This document shows positions 43,640 to 53,859 of a stretch of DNA of 64,000 nucleotides, one piece after another. Within the stretch, counting starts at the first letter, position 1; the number at the start of each line of letters is the position of its first letter. The position numbers and the translations under genes were made by a program. The stretch is taken from the IMG/VR virus record IMGVR_UViG_3300010167_000003. One strand, given 5' to 3'. This stretch comes from a virus. Below the pieces are notes generated by a model. The model was not told the origin of the DNA, made no database searches, and was given only the letters and a program-made list of their open reading frames with translations.

Positions 43640-44851
43640 TTATCTCCACACTAACCCACCAGTTAAGAACAGCATACATGCTTGGGGCGGGGTATCGTAC
43701 ACCTCGGCTAGTGCAAGCATTCTATTAACACTGGTGTTGTTACTATTAACCCGTACCAACAAATTACCAGTAGTTAGTTGAATCAAAGGGTAGGAATCAT
43801 ACACAGAAGCTGGGAACACCGCCCCTGTAGTAATAGATGTGCCTCCTCCTATTGGGTCCCATACACGGGCTGGCACATTTTGTGACCGGGGGGTAATTAG
43901 CATTCTGCCATCTAATAAGGGAGCGGCCACACCGTCAAAATTTGACCCACCGACACCGGCTACTGTGGTGGAGGTATTTAGTATTGGGTCGTAGAGTAAG
44001 GCATTTGTACCAGTATACGGTCCTATAAAAACCCTACCGTCTGGCATTAGTGTATTTGAATAGAAGGAGTTCCCTGACACACCAAGGTTTGGGGTGGTTA
44101 GCTCATTAGTGGCCGGGTTATATATGTAGGCTCTAAGCACGCTAAAAACAGTCCAGAACAGCATCCGTCCATCGGGCAGCAGTGCTCCGCCACCGCCGTG
44201 CGAGGAGGCCCCAGGATTCATGTTTATATTTGTGATTTTAATAGTGTTCGTGTCCAGAATTGGGTCGTAACATTGAAGAATACCAGACGCTGTATGGCCC
44301 GGCATTATGTAGATCAATCCATCCCTACCTACGTGCGTTCCATAGCTTCCTCCGGGGGTGGCAATCTTGGCATTGGATAACGTAAGAGTGTCCGCCTTAT
44401 AGTCCCACAAGTGTGCGGTGTCTGTACCACTTAATACAAGGACCTTCCCTGTAGGTAGCGGGACCAATCCTCTATTACCCTCTGACCAGATACGGGGTAG
44501 TGTAGTAACTGTGTGCATACGTGGGTCGTACTCTATAGTTCTGGTACTGGTCACTCCCAGCATCCGGCCATCGAGACTGGTGAACATTGAAGGAAAAGGT
44601 TCAGGAAGCATAACAGTAAATGGAGTGATATTTATACTTGGGAGTCCACCCTGTTCCCTAACGTGGTCAATCATCCAACGCCATGCAGCCTGAAAAGCAG
44701 GCCAGTTTTCTATCTGCTGGTTGGGGATCGTTCGCCAGTCTGGGAATGCTTGACAGTATCCAGGCTCGTCGAACTCCCACGGAGGAAGCTGTGGTTTCGC
44801 TGTAGGAAGTTCGTACAGAGGATTTCGTACTCCTCTTGCAACCACGGTCAT
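43640..44851 (-). CDS. Kelch-like beta-propeller protein
   Basis: Recurrent blade motifs: LPTGKVLVLSG, GRDGLIYIMPG, LPDGRMLF, MPDGRVFIGP, LLDGRMLITP, TTGNLLVRV. Confidence 0.65.
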   Translation of the reverse strand: MTVVARGVRNPLYELPTAKPQLPPWEFDEPGYCQAFPDWRTIPNQQIENWPAFQAAWRWMIDHVREQGGLPSINITPFTVMLPEPFPSMFTSLDGRMLGVTSTRTIEYDPRMHTVTTLPRIWSEGNRGLVPLPTGKVLVLSGTDTAHLWDYKADTLTLSNAKIATPGGSYGTHVGRDGLIYIMPGHTASGILQCYDPILDTNTIKITNINMNPGASSHGGGGALLPDGRMLFWTVFSVLRAYIYNPATNELTTPNLGVSGNSFYSNTLMPDGRVFIGPYTGTNALLYDPILNTSTTVAGVGGSNFDGVAAPLLDGRMLITPRSQNVPARVWDPIGGGTSITTGAVFPASVYDSYPLIQLTTGNLLVRVNSNNTSVNRMLALAEVYDTPPQACMLFLTGGLVWR

Positions 44852-47250
44852 TCGTCAGTACCTATCATGCGCACCCACTCGCCATTCTGGGCCACGTAGC
44901 GGTAGCCATCTTTTGGCGGCCACTTCATGTTATCCCCATCATCGTCGCCTTCCCTCCGACTAGCCAATAGCAGGTCATCATTGAATGTGGAAACGTACTT
45001 GACACAATAAAGTACATTGAGAACCTCTGCACCGTCCGGGCATATCTCGTGGCGCATGTCAGGCAAGGTAATAGTGCCATCTCCGTTGTCTTTTATATGG
45101 GGCTTGCCGACCAGTTCGGGGAAGTGTTCTGCCTGCTTAGTTTGACCTTTCAGCTCCAGCCAGCCTACAGGTGCCTCTTCCAGTAAGAAGGGCAAGATTG
45201 CACCGGCGGGAATGGTTGGCAGGACTACTGCTTCATCTTCGTCGGTTCTTTTATAAGTAAGGTAAACCCATATCGTCCAGTCACATAGCCGAGGCCCGGC
45301 TATATCCCTGACGGTCACTATCAACCGCCTTTTCTCATCATCCTGATTTGTGTCCAGAAGTTGGGGTTGGGCCGCGCCGAACCATTCTGTGGAAGCGTCG
45401 GGCAGAGTGTCAAACTGTTGTTTGAACTGAAAGTTTTCTATTTCTACAGACGCCCAATCAACCTCAGCAGGCATGACATCTGGGAGCTGAACGGTCACGG
45501 CGTCGGGCTCAATGTCATTTGTTTGGTGCTGGACTTCTACTATGAATCCATACTCTATCTTCTTATTGCGCAGCCGAGCTGTCCTAAACTCTGCATTGAC
45601 TTTCCTGTTAGGAACGCCAAGGCCGCCGTAGGATATATAAGGAGTCTTGCCAGTGGGAGGGGCGTTGAAGATGCGCGGGGGATAGTAGAAGATTTGACGA
45701 ACGAAGTTTCCATCCACCAGAGAGGACACAACCCGAACAACGTCACCTATCTTAACCGGCACTGGTACATACCCATAGTACATGTCCCCAACAACGGACA
45801 TGAGACCGGACATGCTGATATCAACATCATCTACAAATAAGCCGTCCCCCGCTACAGCCCCGCTGAGTATGACGCGGAGGAATCCATCGTTCTCTGCCGT
45901 CCATGTAAACTCACGATTGCTGGGGGCTTCTGTGGTTACAGTGTTTTCTATTACTATTTCCGCTTTATAATCGGGTATTGCAACACCATCTATATGATGG
46001 ACATACGTGTCACCCTCCACCACTGTACCGGAAATGGCATCCATATATAAATCCCAAGCATCTGGGTCTGTGGGGTCTATACCCTCACGCAAACACCATG
46101 TGACGAACGCATCGTTGCCGTCGTCTCCTTTTAGGCTTTCAAGAAAGTCGGCGAGAGTCCCTTCGTTGCCCTCTTCTAACCACAGTTCGTAGGTTGATTT
46201 GCCGTCCGCACCGTCCGCACCATCTTCTCCGTCTTTACCGTCCCTACCTTGACCATGTGTGCGTGGTGGGTAGAACCACATTTGGCGTACAAAGTTACCT
46301 TCGACGAGGGAGGCGTGTATCGTAACTACGTCACCCTCTGCAACAGGTACAGGGCAAGAGGTAATATATAGGTCTCCAGCCACGGCCATGAGGTTGGAAA
46401 CACCAATGTCTACTCCATCTATGAAAAGGCCACTCGATGCGTGAGAGCAGCTGAGAATAACTCGCAGGAAACCGTCTTCGTGAGCCGTCCAAACGAATGG
46501 AGTGGAGACGCCGGTAGTGTTTACAGTGTTTTCTATTACAACTTCCTTGGTGTAGAACGGGATAGCCGCGCCCATGTTGACCTCGGTTATCTCCGTTACC
46601 TCTGTTATGTTCTTGACGGACAGGCTATCTAGGAAGTCCTGTATAGTTCCTTCGTTGCCCTCCCCTAACCACAGGTCGTAGGCTGATTTACCCTCCTGCC
46701 CATCCTCACCGTCCTTACCATCTTCTCCATCTTTCCCTGTGATGGATTCCATGAAAGCATCCCAGTTATCGTCATGGGTCTCCGGTGTATTAACGATGCC
46801 GTTCTCATCCAACCACTGCTCAAAGACAGATTGCCCAGTACCGCCGCCTACACCAAGCTGGTGGAGCTTCCTCAGTACACCATCTTTTACGTAGTAGAAT
46901 CGGCCTTTGTAAACCGAGTAGACAAACCGGCCCTCACCTATAACAGACGAGTCTGTTATTTTCAGATTGATGTCAAGAAACCATGTGGATGCTACGTATG
47001 TATGAACTTCATGGGTGCGCCGGTCAATAATAATGTTTCTGGTTTCAAAGTAACCAGGAGGCAGCGGGTCAGTAAGCTCCCGCAGCTCATCAAGTTCTTC
47101 CTCCGTTTCGACAACGGCAAAGAACTTGCATGTGAAGTCTGGGAAAAAGTCTTTGGTGTTCGGCTTATCGTAAAAGAGTGTTTGGCCCAGCTGCCCTACA
47201 GGTAGCCTAGAGTCGTCACCACCAGTTGGGAACGCACGAAACATTGCCAT
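44848..47250 (-). CDS. 800-aa tail fibre with short collagen runs and an internal domain duplication
   Basis: GKDGEDGKDGEDGQEGKSAYDLWLGEGNEGTIQDFLDSL and GRDGKDGEDGADGADGKSTYELWLEEGNEGTLADFLESL. There are two ~110-aa paralogous domains ending in NFVRQ(M/I)(W/F)(F/Y)YPPR. Confidence 0.8.
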   Translation of the reverse strand: MAMFRAFPTGGDDSRLPVGQLGQTLFYDKPNTKDFFPDFTCKFFAVVETEEELDELRELTDPLPPGYFETRNIIIDRRTHEVHTYVASTWFLDINLKITDSSVIGEGRFVYSVYKGRFYYVKDGVLRKLHQLGVGGGTGQSVFEQWLDENGIVNTPETHDDNWDAFMESITGKDGEDGKDGEDGQEGKSAYDLWLGEGNEGTIQDFLDSLSVKNITEVTEITEVNMGAAIPFYTKEVVIENTVNTTGVSTPFVWTAHEDGFLRVILSCSHASSGLFIDGVDIGVSNLMAVAGDLYITSCPVPVAEGDVVTIHASLVEGNFVRQMWFYPPRTHGQGRDGKDGEDGADGADGKSTYELWLEEGNEGTLADFLESLKGDDGNDAFVTWCLREGIDPTDPDAWDLYMDAISGTVVEGDTYVHHIDGVAIPDYKAEIVIENTVTTEAPSNREFTWTAENDGFLRVILSGAVAGDGLFVDDVDISMSGLMSVVGDMYYGYVPVPVKIGDVVRVVSSLVDGNFVRQIFYYPPRIFNAPPTGKTPYISYGGLGVPNRKVNAEFRTARLRNKKIEYGFIVEVQHQTNDIEPDAVTVQLPDVMPAEVDWASVEIENFQFKQQFDTLPDASTEWFGAAQPQLLDTNQDDEKRRLIVTVRDIAGPRLCDWTIWVYLTYKRTDEDEAVVLPTIPAGAILPFLLEEAPVGWLELKGQTKQAEHFPELVGKPHIKDNGDGTITLPDMRHEICPDGAEVLNVLYCVKYVSTFNDDLLLASRREGDDDGDNMKWPPKDGYRYVAQNGEWVRMIGTDE

Positions 47251-47287
47251 CCGTTGTCACCACCCTGCCCGATTCGAGTAATTCATC

Positions 47288-50200
47288 TTAGGCATCTCTG
47301 TTGGATAGCGGGAATACAGAGAAGACCAATGGAGGCTCCAGCACCTGTCCGCTGATATTCCTAAACACTGTCCGGCCAGGGTAGTACACACGCTCGAATA
47401 GGTGTGTAACATCCTTTTGGAACCCAGCCAACTGGAAATCCCATGTGTATTGGTGGACAGTCGGTGCCACCAGGAAAGAAGTCGTCAGCAAGGAAAAGCC
47501 TACGCATATATAACTGTGGGCCAGCAGCCTCAGCTCCTCCCACGCTGCCGGAGGATAACCGTTGACCACGGAAAACAGCGGTGCGCTGGCTAACCTCGCA
47601 GCGGTGGACTGTCCAGGTAGGGCTGCCCAAGCTCCACCAGAATAGTGGAGCCACGTACCACCAGCGTTAGGTGAGATACCAACCCTTACCTCCGTGCCCG
47701 GAGGTGTTGTGGCCTGTATGGTCAACCCAGTTAGGCTGTTCATAATAAACGATTGGATGGACGAGAACGACGTCCATAAACTCGTGAAGTAATACGGGAA
47801 GTTTGTGGCGTAACCCAACCCCGGCCTGTGCCTAAGCGTAACTCCTGTAGGTGTAAAGTGTGTGCCCAGTGTTCTATTCTGCTGCAAGAATGCCTGCTCT
47901 GTTGCATCTATGGTGAGGATAGTTCTGTTTTCATTTGTGAGCAGCGTTGACCGCTGACTCACCGAGGATAGATAACCTTCTCCCACGAATATGACGTCCT
48001 GGTCGTACACATCGTTCGGTGCCATAGGCTGAGTAAAGGTAGCGACACTTGCCTTCGGAGCAAAGTTGAACGCAGCGCCGAAGTCCGAGTTCGGGTTCAG
48101 CAGGTCGGCGGGGTCGATGAACAGCCATAAGCGAGCGTCATCAGGTATACCGGTCGGCCTGACTTCCTTGCGCAGACCGCCGCCCACCTCAATCTTGACG
48201 TCCAATGGGGCAACGTGCAGGTCTCCCCACGTCGCTGCAACTGTGTTACCACCCTCAATAACTTCGAGGTAGGTTCCGTTGGCTCCACTGATTTCAACAT
48301 TTGAACCACGATTCATTGAACTGTATTTCCGCGCCAGGATTCCGTAGTGCATGTTGGCACTTCCATACAACCGTTCAGCAAATCCACTACAGCTACGTAT
48401 CATACTGATACCGTTACCGGCGCAGTTTGAAATATCCGAGTCTTGAATGAACACGTAAGATGAGCCATCCAGTAGGATGCCATCTCCACGGGCTCCGCGT
48501 ATGACCACGCCCCGCAATGCGGCCACCGAGTTGGCGGTTAGCCTTATAGCGTTTGGAGCCACATCACGAATCTCCGCTGCCACCAACGTAAGTTTGCTAC
48601 CATTCTGCATGTCGAAGAAGGTTCTGCTCGGCGCATTCGCCTCGCCAATCATAAGCAGGTTCACAGCCTGCACGTTGGCGGCGTCGAAGATACCTGTGCA
48701 CTCTCTGGCTATTCTGGACTGGATGATGTGGAAGTAGGCGTTGGTTACGTTCACGCTCTCCAGGAAGTCACAGTTGTCGAAGTACATGGCTGCCGACGAC
48801 GCGCTCTGTATAGCTGAGAACCGGCTGCCGACTGCCGTGGAGTAACCGGCGGCGGTGCCAATCAGGTGATAGATATAACTACTCTCTATGATTGCTATGC
48901 ACGCGCCTGAGATTTGCAGCGCGGACTGTCGCTTGGCATCGGCGTCACGCACAACAGAGTGCCCACCGGCAAGTACAGCGTGGGACTCGAACTCACTCCT
49001 GAAGAAGTAGGATATACAGCTATTCAATCTAAATTTATACGGCGGCATAATCCTGTCGAAGTAGATAAATGAGGACTGTGTAATGACAAATGCGTAGTCT
49101 ATGTCCGGTTGCCACTCACAGTTGGGCTCTATAAAAATCATGAAACGGTGCATCAGCCGGTTGTTCAAGATGCCCCAGCTGCGCTGCCCGTATTCGTTCG
49201 AGATTATTACGTCAGCGTACTTTAAGCGCCGCGCCCGTACAATCACAGTGAACCGCGACGATAACGGTATGGAGTTGAAAGCCATCTGCAACGTCTTAAA
49301 TGGCATGTCCTCGGAGCCTGGGAAGGCATCGTGCCCTACCTCTCCGTCCACCCATATCTCCAGCCGGTTCGCCATATTGTTAATGGCATCAGCACTGTAA
49401 GCATCAGCAGCGAACGGGTTCCTGAACATCAGGATTCTCTGGTGTGGGTACAGCAAGTAATTGAACAGGACGTAGGGTGCGGCCCCCAAGTGAACCTCGT
49501 AGTCGTTCCGGGGGTCCATCTTCAAACCGTCGCGGTACACAGCAAGCTCAGCCGACGACTTCAGTATCCAAGGGATGTCAACCCTTGAAGTCTCCTGCAT
49601 TATGTCCTTCGAGTAGCTGGTGTTTTCAAAGCGTATCCTGCCCTGGGCACCCCATTCACCATTCTCATGGAAGTACCACTGAGCCTCGTTTATAACAAAG
49701 GATACCGCGCCGTCCGGCACGTCCCGCGTGTACCTTTCGTACAGGTCCTCGTGCTCACGGACAGGCGGGAATATATAGTACCCCGCCGGTGCGTACTCAG
49801 CTTTTACCGTGCGCAGGTTGATGATGTCGTCCTCTGTTATCTGGGGACGTGGGCCTGGGTCATACTTAATAAGCGCGAGGGGTACACCATTGTGTGGGAT
49901 GAATGGGTATGGGCCACCCACCTCTCCGTACTCCCAGTCGAGGTACGGTTCATCGGTGAGCACATTTTTGAATACGCATAACATAGCCCAACGACAGGAG
50001 TTAGTACCGGACTCATCTATTATTCCTGGGTCACACTCTTTGGCCTCGTAGGGGCGCAGCGGAGGGGAGTCCTGTGCCTCCATCTCAAAAATCCAGGCAA
50101 ACCACTGTACGCGGCCACCAGAGACACGCACCCTGTCCCAGACCTCCGGTGTGTAGGCCGAACAAGTAAACTCGTCAAGGACGATATCCGTTGTCTTACC

Positions 50201-50362
50201 AGTCTCCAAGGCAAAATGAACATTCGATGTTCGGACAGGCCGGTTGTCAAACTCCTGCTCCGTTTCCGTAGTTCTGATGTCCACTATGGTTTTCCGACCA
50301 AGTAGATGGTCGATTATCATTAAAATGTGGCCGTTCAGTGCCAATGAGTTCACCCCTACCAA
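47288..50362 (-). CDS. 1024-aa parallel beta-helix tailspike-like protein
   Basis: PbH1-like rungs: IRGARGDGILLDGSSYVFIQDSDISNCAGNGISM. The N-terminal region is paralogous to 20902-22914. The start codon is uncertain. Confidence 0.75.
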   Translation of the reverse strand: MVGVNSLALNGHILMIIDHLLGRKTIVDIRTTETEQEFDNRPVRTSNVHFALETGKTTDIVLDEFTCSAYTPEVWDRVRVSGGRVQWFAWIFEMEAQDSPPLRPYEAKECDPGIIDESGTNSCRWAMLCVFKNVLTDEPYLDWEYGEVGGPYPFIPHNGVPLALIKYDPGPRPQITEDDIINLRTVKAEYAPAGYYIFPPVREHEDLYERYTRDVPDGAVSFVINEAQWYFHENGEWGAQGRIRFENTSYSKDIMQETSRVDIPWILKSSAELAVYRDGLKMDPRNDYEVHLGAAPYVLFNYLLYPHQRILMFRNPFAADAYSADAINNMANRLEIWVDGEVGHDAFPGSEDMPFKTLQMAFNSIPLSSRFTVIVRARRLKYADVIISNEYGQRSWGILNNRLMHRFMIFIEPNCEWQPDIDYAFVITQSSFIYFDRIMPPYKFRLNSCISYFFRSEFESHAVLAGGHSVVRDADAKRQSALQISGACIAIIESSYIYHLIGTAAGYSTAVGSRFSAIQSASSAAMYFDNCDFLESVNVTNAYFHIIQSRIARECTGIFDAANVQAVNLLMIGEANAPSRTFFDMQNGSKLTLVAAEIRDVAPNAIRLTANSVAALRGVVIRGARGDGILLDGSSYVFIQDSDISNCAGNGISMIRSCSGFAERLYGSANMHYGILARKYSSMNRGSNVEISGANGTYLEVIEGGNTVAATWGDLHVAPLDVKIEVGGGLRKEVRPTGIPDDARLWLFIDPADLLNPNSDFGAAFNFAPKASVATFTQPMAPNDVYDQDVIFVGEGYLSSVSQRSTLLTNENRTILTIDATEQAFLQQNRTLGTHFTPTGVTLRHRPGLGYATNFPYYFTSLWTSFSSIQSFIMNSLTGLTIQATTPPGTEVRVGISPNAGGTWLHYSGGAWAALPGQSTAARLASAPLFSVVNGYPPAAWEELRLLAHSYICVGFSLLTTSFLVAPTVHQYTWDFQLAGFQKDVTHLFERVYYPGRTVFRNISGQVLEPPLVFSVFPLSNRDA

Positions 50363-50396
50363 GCACGATGCTCTGATTGTACAACAGATAAAGGTA

Positions 50397-50436
50397 AAGC
50401 CGCCTGCCCTCTTAGGGTTCGGCGGCTTCTTTTTTC
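50397..50436. terminator. hairpin terminator separating operons
   Basis: AAGCCGCC (50397-50404) pairs with GGCGGCTT (50421-50428). There is a T6 on the + side and a T-rich tail on the - side. Confidence 0.5.
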
Positions 50437-50578
50437 AGCGGTTCAAAGCACCGCATTGGCTTCTTTAGGACCGGCGGGTGCGTCACTCCCGCCGGGCTTC
50501 GAAAATTGGAGGATGGATATTGCAATCACTCATCATGAGCACCTGGATATTACATGCCACTCCCTGCCGTGTCAATAC

Positions 50579-51100
50579 CTACCACGGCTCATGCTCAAGG
50601 TTTTTGTAGTGGTCATTGATATTGTTCCAGGAAGTTTGCCGGAGAAATAGAACGTGTTCGCTCCAACCATAGGCGTCACCTTCGTTTATCTCCCGGTCAA
50701 TCTCCATAGCTTCTTTCACTATGCAAGCGCACATGCAGTGAAGATGTTGTGATAGGATACACAGCTCGTCAAAGCTATTTGCGAGCTTGTGTATGCAGTC
50801 ATGGAGCCACCATAAATGTTCCTTCAGCGCCACAAAGTATTCTTTGTATGAGGTGAAGTTTGGGACATTCAGGGGCTTTTCTGTGGGGTGTAATTCGATC
50901 TTCAAGAGGTCCATTGCCAAGGTCTGGATAGACTGCCGGAACTCATGGCACATGTTAGCCTCATGTCTATTCCTACGCTTCTCGCCCTGAAGGTTCATGG
51001 CCTGTGCTTTCAGCTTGACGATACTCTTCCATCGCCGCGCTGTGTCCAAGCAATCAATAAGTTGTTGAAATATGGGAGCCCAGGTGTCCTTCGCCGCCAT
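50579..51100 (-). CDS. hypothetical His/Cys-containing helical protein
   Basis: 173 aa. RBS AGAGGTGG. Confidence 0.6.
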   Translation of the reverse strand: MAAKDTWAPIFQQLIDCLDTARRWKSIVKLKAQAMNLQGEKRRNRHEANMCHEFRQSIQTLAMDLLKIELHPTEKPLNVPNFTSYKEYFVALKEHLWWLHDCIHKLANSFDELCILSQHLHCMCACIVKEAMEIDREINEGDAYGWSEHVLFLRQTSWNNINDHYKNLEHEPW

Positions 51101-51102
51101 TA

Positions 51103-51603
51103 TCAGCCACCTCTATACGTTGTGGCCGGTGCCGCAGCTGCCGCCGGGGGAGGCGTCACTGGTGGCATTGGTTGGGGTGCGGGGGTCGGGGTAGGAGTGG
51201 GTTGGGGTAGTGCTTTGGGTCCTGGCCTTAATCCAGCCTTGATTGTCTGGATTTTCTTCGTGAACACCGCAACCTTGTCAGCTGGTATGTTCGTGGCGAA
51301 TGTCAACAAGACTTCCGCATGACTCAGTTCGCCCTCGGCCACCTCTCTGAACGGTTCGTAGCCGGTCTCACGCCACTTATCGTAATACATTGCAGCGTCG
51401 TGTATCTCGTTCTCCAACTGCTCTATGTCCCAGGGCACAGCCTCTGGCTCCTCGGACCCGTATCTTCCTATGTAATCTTCCATAGCCATACGTGTCCGCA
51501 TTAGGTCGGCCAGTACATATATGTCCCTGGTCGCGCTACATTTAACGGTTGTGTCGTCTATCAACTCACATATTACTGAAAGAATGTGGTCAGTCTTGTT
51601 CAT
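51103..51603 (-). CDS. hypothetical protein with Pro/Thr/Ala-rich tail
   Basis: 166 aa. RBS GGGAGGG. The tail reads PQPTPTPTPAPQPMPPVTPPPAAAAAP. Confidence 0.6.
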   Translation of the reverse strand: MNKTDHILSVICELIDDTTVKCSATRDIYVLADLMRTRMAMEDYIGRYGSEEPEAVPWDIEQLENEIHDAAMYYDKWRETGYEPFREVAEGELSHAEVLLTFATNIPADKVAVFTKKIQTIKAGLRPGPKALPQPTPTPTPAPQPMPPVTPPPAAAAAPATTYRGG

Positions 51604-51655
51604 AGTCCCTCCCGTATAAGGGGGCGGGAGTTACCCCGCCCCAACGACTTATGCC

Positions 51656-52447
51656 CTACGCATAGTCCGATCTACGCTGCCAATCCCTTGACAGGACGAA
51701 GACCCCTCGGTTGTTGTAAAAGAGAACGAAGCGGTTTTGGTACGGAAGGCCAGTGCCCGGCACTTTGTACTCGCCGGTTGCAAAGTTCTTGCCGTTGGCG
51801 ATTTGTCCGTGCAGGTCCAGGGAAACAGGAACCAAAACACTCTTCTCTTTGCGCTCGAAGCCGACGAAATTCTGGGCGGGGAACGCAGGGTCGGCGGGGA
51901 TTCCGCCTCTGCCGAGGTGCCCGTGTGTCACGAGTCTCCCGTCACCATGCCCATGTTCGCCAAGACGTTCGGTTACGATGCGCTCGTGACCTTCGCCGCT
52001 GGTAGGCTCCATCGGGCCGCCCTCGCAGAAAATCTCATGGACGGTTTTGGTCCAATCAAGACCAACCTCTCCACGATGGAATCCGCATGGTTCAACCAAA
52101 ATGAAGGTGTTAAGCGGCCACGCCTCATAAGGGGTTTCCCTATTGATTTGAAGCGTGTAGTAAGTGTCGTAATCGAGGCAGCGTGTCTCGGCACGAATGA
52201 TGAACGACTTCTTCTCCTCGACCAGAACGACGGGGCGGGGGACGCAGCACTCATCCTTGCGGAATCCTTTTCTGACGAACTCGTCAGTGTGGATTATTAG
52301 CCTAGAGGTGTCCAACCGCTCCATCTTCTTTCTCTCCGGTGCAGGCCAGCGATAGAAATTAAAATTGCAACCGCCTACACAACCGCATCCGCAACTGCAA
52401 CCACCATCTAAACGGTGGCTTGGCCCAGGTCCATATACGTTGTACAT
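51656..52447 (-). CDS. hypothetical protein with N-terminal GGCSCGCGCVGGC cluster and HGHGDG/HGH patch
   Basis: 263 aa. RBS AGGAGG. Confidence 0.65.
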   Translation of the reverse strand: MYNVYGPGPSHRLDGGCSCGCGCVGGCNFNFYRWPAPERKKMERLDTSRLIIHTDEFVRKGFRKDECCVPRPVVLVEEKKSFIIRAETRCLDYDTYYTLQINRETPYEAWPLNTFILVEPCGFHRGEVGLDWTKTVHEIFCEGGPMEPTSGEGHERIVTERLGEHGHGDGRLVTHGHLGRGGIPADPAFPAQNFVGFERKEKSVLVPVSLDLHGQIANGKNFATGEYKVPGTGLPYQNRFVLFYNNRGVFVLSRDWQRRSDYA

Positions 52448-52575
52448 CTGTGTTACCTCCTACGTTTATTTGCTCACCCGTTGCCAACCCTCCGCTTACC
52501 CAATGTGTGCACCCATCTGATATGGCATCAGGCGGACATCAGGTTGAAGCCAAAGAAGTGAGTAATAAACCGGCT

Positions 52576-52866
52576 CTAGTGCCGGAGGCGGACGCCCACT
52601 ATCGGCCCATCAGGGCACTCGAAGTGGTAAAGTGATTCGTCAACGTGGTCGCAGAAGTTCCTGACGAAGCAGCAAATATGGTTGTAGTCCTCACAAAGCT
52701 CAGCGATGGTGTGGATGAACGCGGTGTCCTCTTCGCATTTGAGGTCAACACAATGGCTATGTGCGTTAAGGCAGTCGGCCAACGCTTCACCCAGGTTGTG
52801 GATGAAGTCCTTCATCCTGACTACCTCTTGTTCCCTGTGGTATTCCTTGCGATGCACTGCCCACAC
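52576..52866 (-). CDS. small Cys/His-rich protein
   Basis: About 80-96 aa. Several candidate starts (GTG 52866/52857, ATG 52815). Confidence 0.5.
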   Translation of the reverse strand: MWAVHRKEYHREQEVVRMKDFIHNLGEALADCLNAHSHCVDLKCEEDTAFIHTIAELCEDYNHICCFVRNFCDHVDESLYHFECPDGPIVGVRLRH

Positions 52867-52875
52867 CTCCCTCGG

Positions 52876-53478
52876 TTACACCAGGGGGCCGTGGGGCGGA
52901 CGATAGCCGTTGCCCCAGCGGGAATCCCTGTTATCCAATGCGGTTTCCAGGAAGGTGATTCTGGCTTCCCTCCGGCGGTCCTCAGCGTCACGTTGAGAGC
53001 GTTCGAAGGCTTCGATGCGTGCAATCACGCGGTCGGTGTTATCTCTGCTGCGGATATCACTGTTGCCGATAGCCGTAAGGGTGGCCTGAGTGTTCTGGTC
53101 TATGGTCCGTAGAGTGGCCTGGGTGTTCTGGTCCATAGACCGCAGCGTGTCAAAGAAATACCTATCTGTGTTCTTCTCCTGGTCACGCGCAGCGGCCTGT
53201 ATGTCTTTTGATACGTCGCCGAAGTCTTTCAGCAAGTCCCACCGTTCGGTGTGCCCCGTATCAGCTGGTCTTCCAACACCACCAGCCAGCAGCGCCGGTA
53301 TCGCTGCTTCCAACCCAGTGCCGTGTTCACGCCGCCATGCGAAGATGATGACCAGGAAGATGATTACCAGGGCGAAAATCCAGCCCCACCACATGTTGCC
53401 TCGGTCTCTATCACCATCCATGCTTCCTGCAATCACAGGGTGATAGCCCTTGCCATGTGCGTCCAGTAAAGTTGACAT
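52876..53478 (-). CDS. single-pass membrane protein with coiled-coil ectodomain
   Basis: TM segment WWGWIFALVIIFLVIIFAW. An 11-aa repeat TLR..DQNTQA occurs twice. Confidence 0.65.
   Translation of the reverse strand: MSTLLDAHGKGYHPVIAGSMDGDRDRGNMWWGWIFALVIIFLVIIFAWRREHGTGLEAAIPALLAGGVGRPADTGHTERWDLLKDFGDVSKDIQAAARDQEKNTDRYFFDTLRSMDQNTQATLRTIDQNTQATLTAIGNSDIRSRDNTDRVIARIEAFERSQRDAEDRRREARITFLETALDNRDSRWGNGYRPPHGPLV
53083..53148 (-). repeat. 2 x 33-bp imperfect tandem repeat
   Basis: ggcctgagtgttctggtctatggtccgtagagt / ggcctgggtgttctggtccatagaccgcagcgt. Confidence 0.8.
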
Positions 53479-53550
53479 TTGCTACACTTCCTCTCTGTTG
53501 CTGTATTTACAAGGCCCTGCCTACAGCGCTATAGACCGAGCGGTTGTATC

Positions 53551-53859
53551 TCATTTCCCGCCGGGGAAAAATGAACCTAATAACTTGGAAACACCAACCT
53601 GTTGAACGGTTTTCCAAGCATGTGAAAGGATTTCATTCGGGTGTTTGCCACGGAATGACTCCCACATTTGATTGTTTTGAAAGGCTGCTCCCCAGCCTTT
53701 GCTTTGGGCGTAGTCTTCTAACCACGACATGACTCCGTTCGTGGTGTTTTGGTTTTTACCAAGTTCGGTTACTTTGTTCATGACTTCATCGGTGTTTACG
53801 TCGGGCATTTCTTTTTTGAGGTTGCTCCACACGTCTTGTAAAAAGGCATTGATGTTCAT
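53551..53859 (-). CDS. hypothetical protein
   Basis: 102 aa with an ATGA overlap. Confidence 0.6.
   Translation of the reverse strand: MNINAFLQDVWSNLKKEMPDVNTDEVMNKVTELGKNQNTTNGVMSWLEDYAQSKGWGAAFQNNQMWESFRGKHPNEILSHAWKTVQQVGVSKLLGSFFPGGK

Noticed and set aside
52876-53478. Holin, spanin or lysis-cassette interpretation of the membrane protein and its neighbours
   Set aside because: No endolysin motif (amidase, lysozyme or peptidase) is recognisable nearby. A single TM with a long coiled coil is not diagnostic, so the gene is left as hypothetical.
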